Positions 54,744 through 55,365 of a stretch of 55,365 bases of DNA are shown here, piece after piece. The notes below the pieces were generated by a model. That model was not told where the DNA came from and ran no database searches. It was given only the letters and a program-made list of their open reading frames with translations. The translations under genes were made by a program, and so were the position numbers. The stretch's first letter is position 1. Each line of letters opens with the position of its first letter. Source of the stretch: an uncultured delta proteobacterium (GTDB taxonomy: Bacteria > Myxococcota_A > Polyangia > DRWM01 > JAAZOP01); assembly GCA_947085355.1 (NCBI GenBank), contig CAMTWF010000046.1:1-55365 (forward strand). The letters are read 5' to 3'.

Positions 54744-55141
54744 CCGAGCACGTGCGGCTGGCGTTCGCCAAGGCGCGGCGCAAGCTCGCCGCGGCCCGCC
54801 GCGAACTCGCGGCCGGCGACTGGGAGGAAGCCGCCGCCCGCGCCTACTACGCCGCGTACCACGCTGTGGACGCCGCGCTGCGCGTGGAAGGCGTGTCCGC
54901 GTCGTCGCACGAGGGCCTCAAGATGCTCTTCGGCCGAACGTTCATCGAGCCCGGGATCGTGCCGCGCGATCTCGGCCGCGCCCTCTCGCGGCTCAAGGAC
55001 GAGCGGGACAACGGCGACTACTCGCTGTTCAGCACGCTCGACGAGCCCGATGCGACGGAAGCGGTAGCGCAGGCCGAACGTCTGCTGGAGGCGATGGCGG
55101 GCCACGTTCGCCTGCGCGGCCTCGACCCCGGACCCGCGTAG
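54725..55141 (+). CDS. HEPN-domain protein (HepT-type toxin partner of the MNT)
   Basis: 138-aa all-helical protein with AARAYYAAYHAVDAAL and LKDERDNGDY blocks typical of HEPN. It overlaps the MNT gene by 19 nt. Confidence 0.78.
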   Translation: MASAELTEHVRLAFAKARRKLAAARRELAAGDWEEAAARAYYAAYHAVDAALRVEGVSASSHEGLKMLFGRTFIEPGIVPRDLGRALSRLKDERDNGDYSLFSTLDEPDATEAVAQAERLLEAMAGHVRLRGLDPGPA

Positions 55142-55168
55142 CGATCGCTTCCAACCGACAACCGATCC

Positions 55169-55336
55169 CTACCGATCCAGCGCATCCTCGACGCCCGCCT
55201 CGTCGAACCGCTTGAACGGGTAGGCGTTCATCTTGAACGGGTAGGCGTTCATCTTGAACGGGTAGGCGTTCATCTTGAACGGGTAGGCGTTCATCTTGAA
55301 CGGGTAGGCGTTCATCTTGAACGGGTAGGCGTTCAT
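55169..55336 (-). CDS. Possible 55-aa repeat peptide (MNAYPFK)x6-RFDEAGVEDALDR; coding status uncertain
   Basis: Minus-strand ATG at 55336 and TAG at 55171-55169. No SD is visible in the 29 nt available upstream. A second minus frame (DERLPVQ) and one plus frame (LERVGVH) are also open across the array. Confidence 0.22.
   Translation of the reverse strand: MNAYPFKMNAYPFKMNAYPFKMNAYPFKMNAYPFKMNAYPFKRFDEAGVEDALDR
55211..55336. repeat. Six perfect tandem copies of the 21-bp unit cttgaacgggtaggcgttcat
   Basis: Units at 55211-55231, 55232-55252, ... 55316-55336 are all identical. Each unit contains the inverted repeat TGAACG-N6-CGTTCA. Confidence 0.97.
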
Positions 55337-55365
55337 CGTCGCACGGCGCGACGATATTGGTCACC

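Overview
This is a very GC-rich bacterial chromosomal fragment; third codon positions are almost always G/C. That inflates the ORF track with long spurious Arg/Gly/Pro-rich overlapping ORFs. The gene content looks Myxococcota/deltaproteobacteria-like: many lipoproteins, Ser/Thr kinase and PP2C signalling, PilZ, a PEGA/TPR protein and a Cys-rich DxDGDG-repeat lipoprotein. That assignment is inference only, and no database search was possible. I support about 50 protein genes, 6 tRNAs and one SRP (4.5S) RNA. In map order: tdh-kbl-(folK::archease fusion)-rtcB; an outer-membrane barrel; a PP2C-cNMP phosphatase; hicB; comEA; yfgM-like/bamB/LysM-M23; rodA-mrdA-mreDCB; serS; a class-II GATase-like gene; an xdhC-like gene; a GT39-like membrane glycosyltransferase; a sulfatase-like protein; pilZ; a Ser/Thr kinase; and trxB. 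A translation-RNA island follows, with 2 tRNA-Arg, all four tRNA-Ser isoacceptors, tadA and ffs. After it come a CDP-alcohol phosphatidyltransferase, Nudix, tlyA, tetR-etfBA, abgT, cusCBA plus a metal-binding lipoprotein, Uma2 and an MNT/HEPN pair. I saw no transposase, integrase, phage gene or CRISPR array. The structure the genes do not explain is mostly non-coding. (1) Hairpins whose stems are built from tandem 7-nt units followed by the inverted complement of the same units occur at four or more intergenic sites; one has a 21-bp perfect stem flanking the RBS and start codon of a gene. (2) A dispersed palindromic 12-mer, GTAACCGTTCAC, occurs at several loci, including a ~165-bp nested palindrome next to a good sigma-54 promoter match upstream of cusCBA. 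(3) Both window edges fall inside 21-bp tandem arrays that are open as heptapeptide repeats: LIDAxGx downstream of rtcB, and six perfect MNAYPFK units at the right end. The most unusual coding feature is an in-frame HPPK(FolK)-archease fusion abutting rtcB. All coordinates were derived by hand from the printed sequence and may be off by a few nucleotides at RNA and repeat boundaries.
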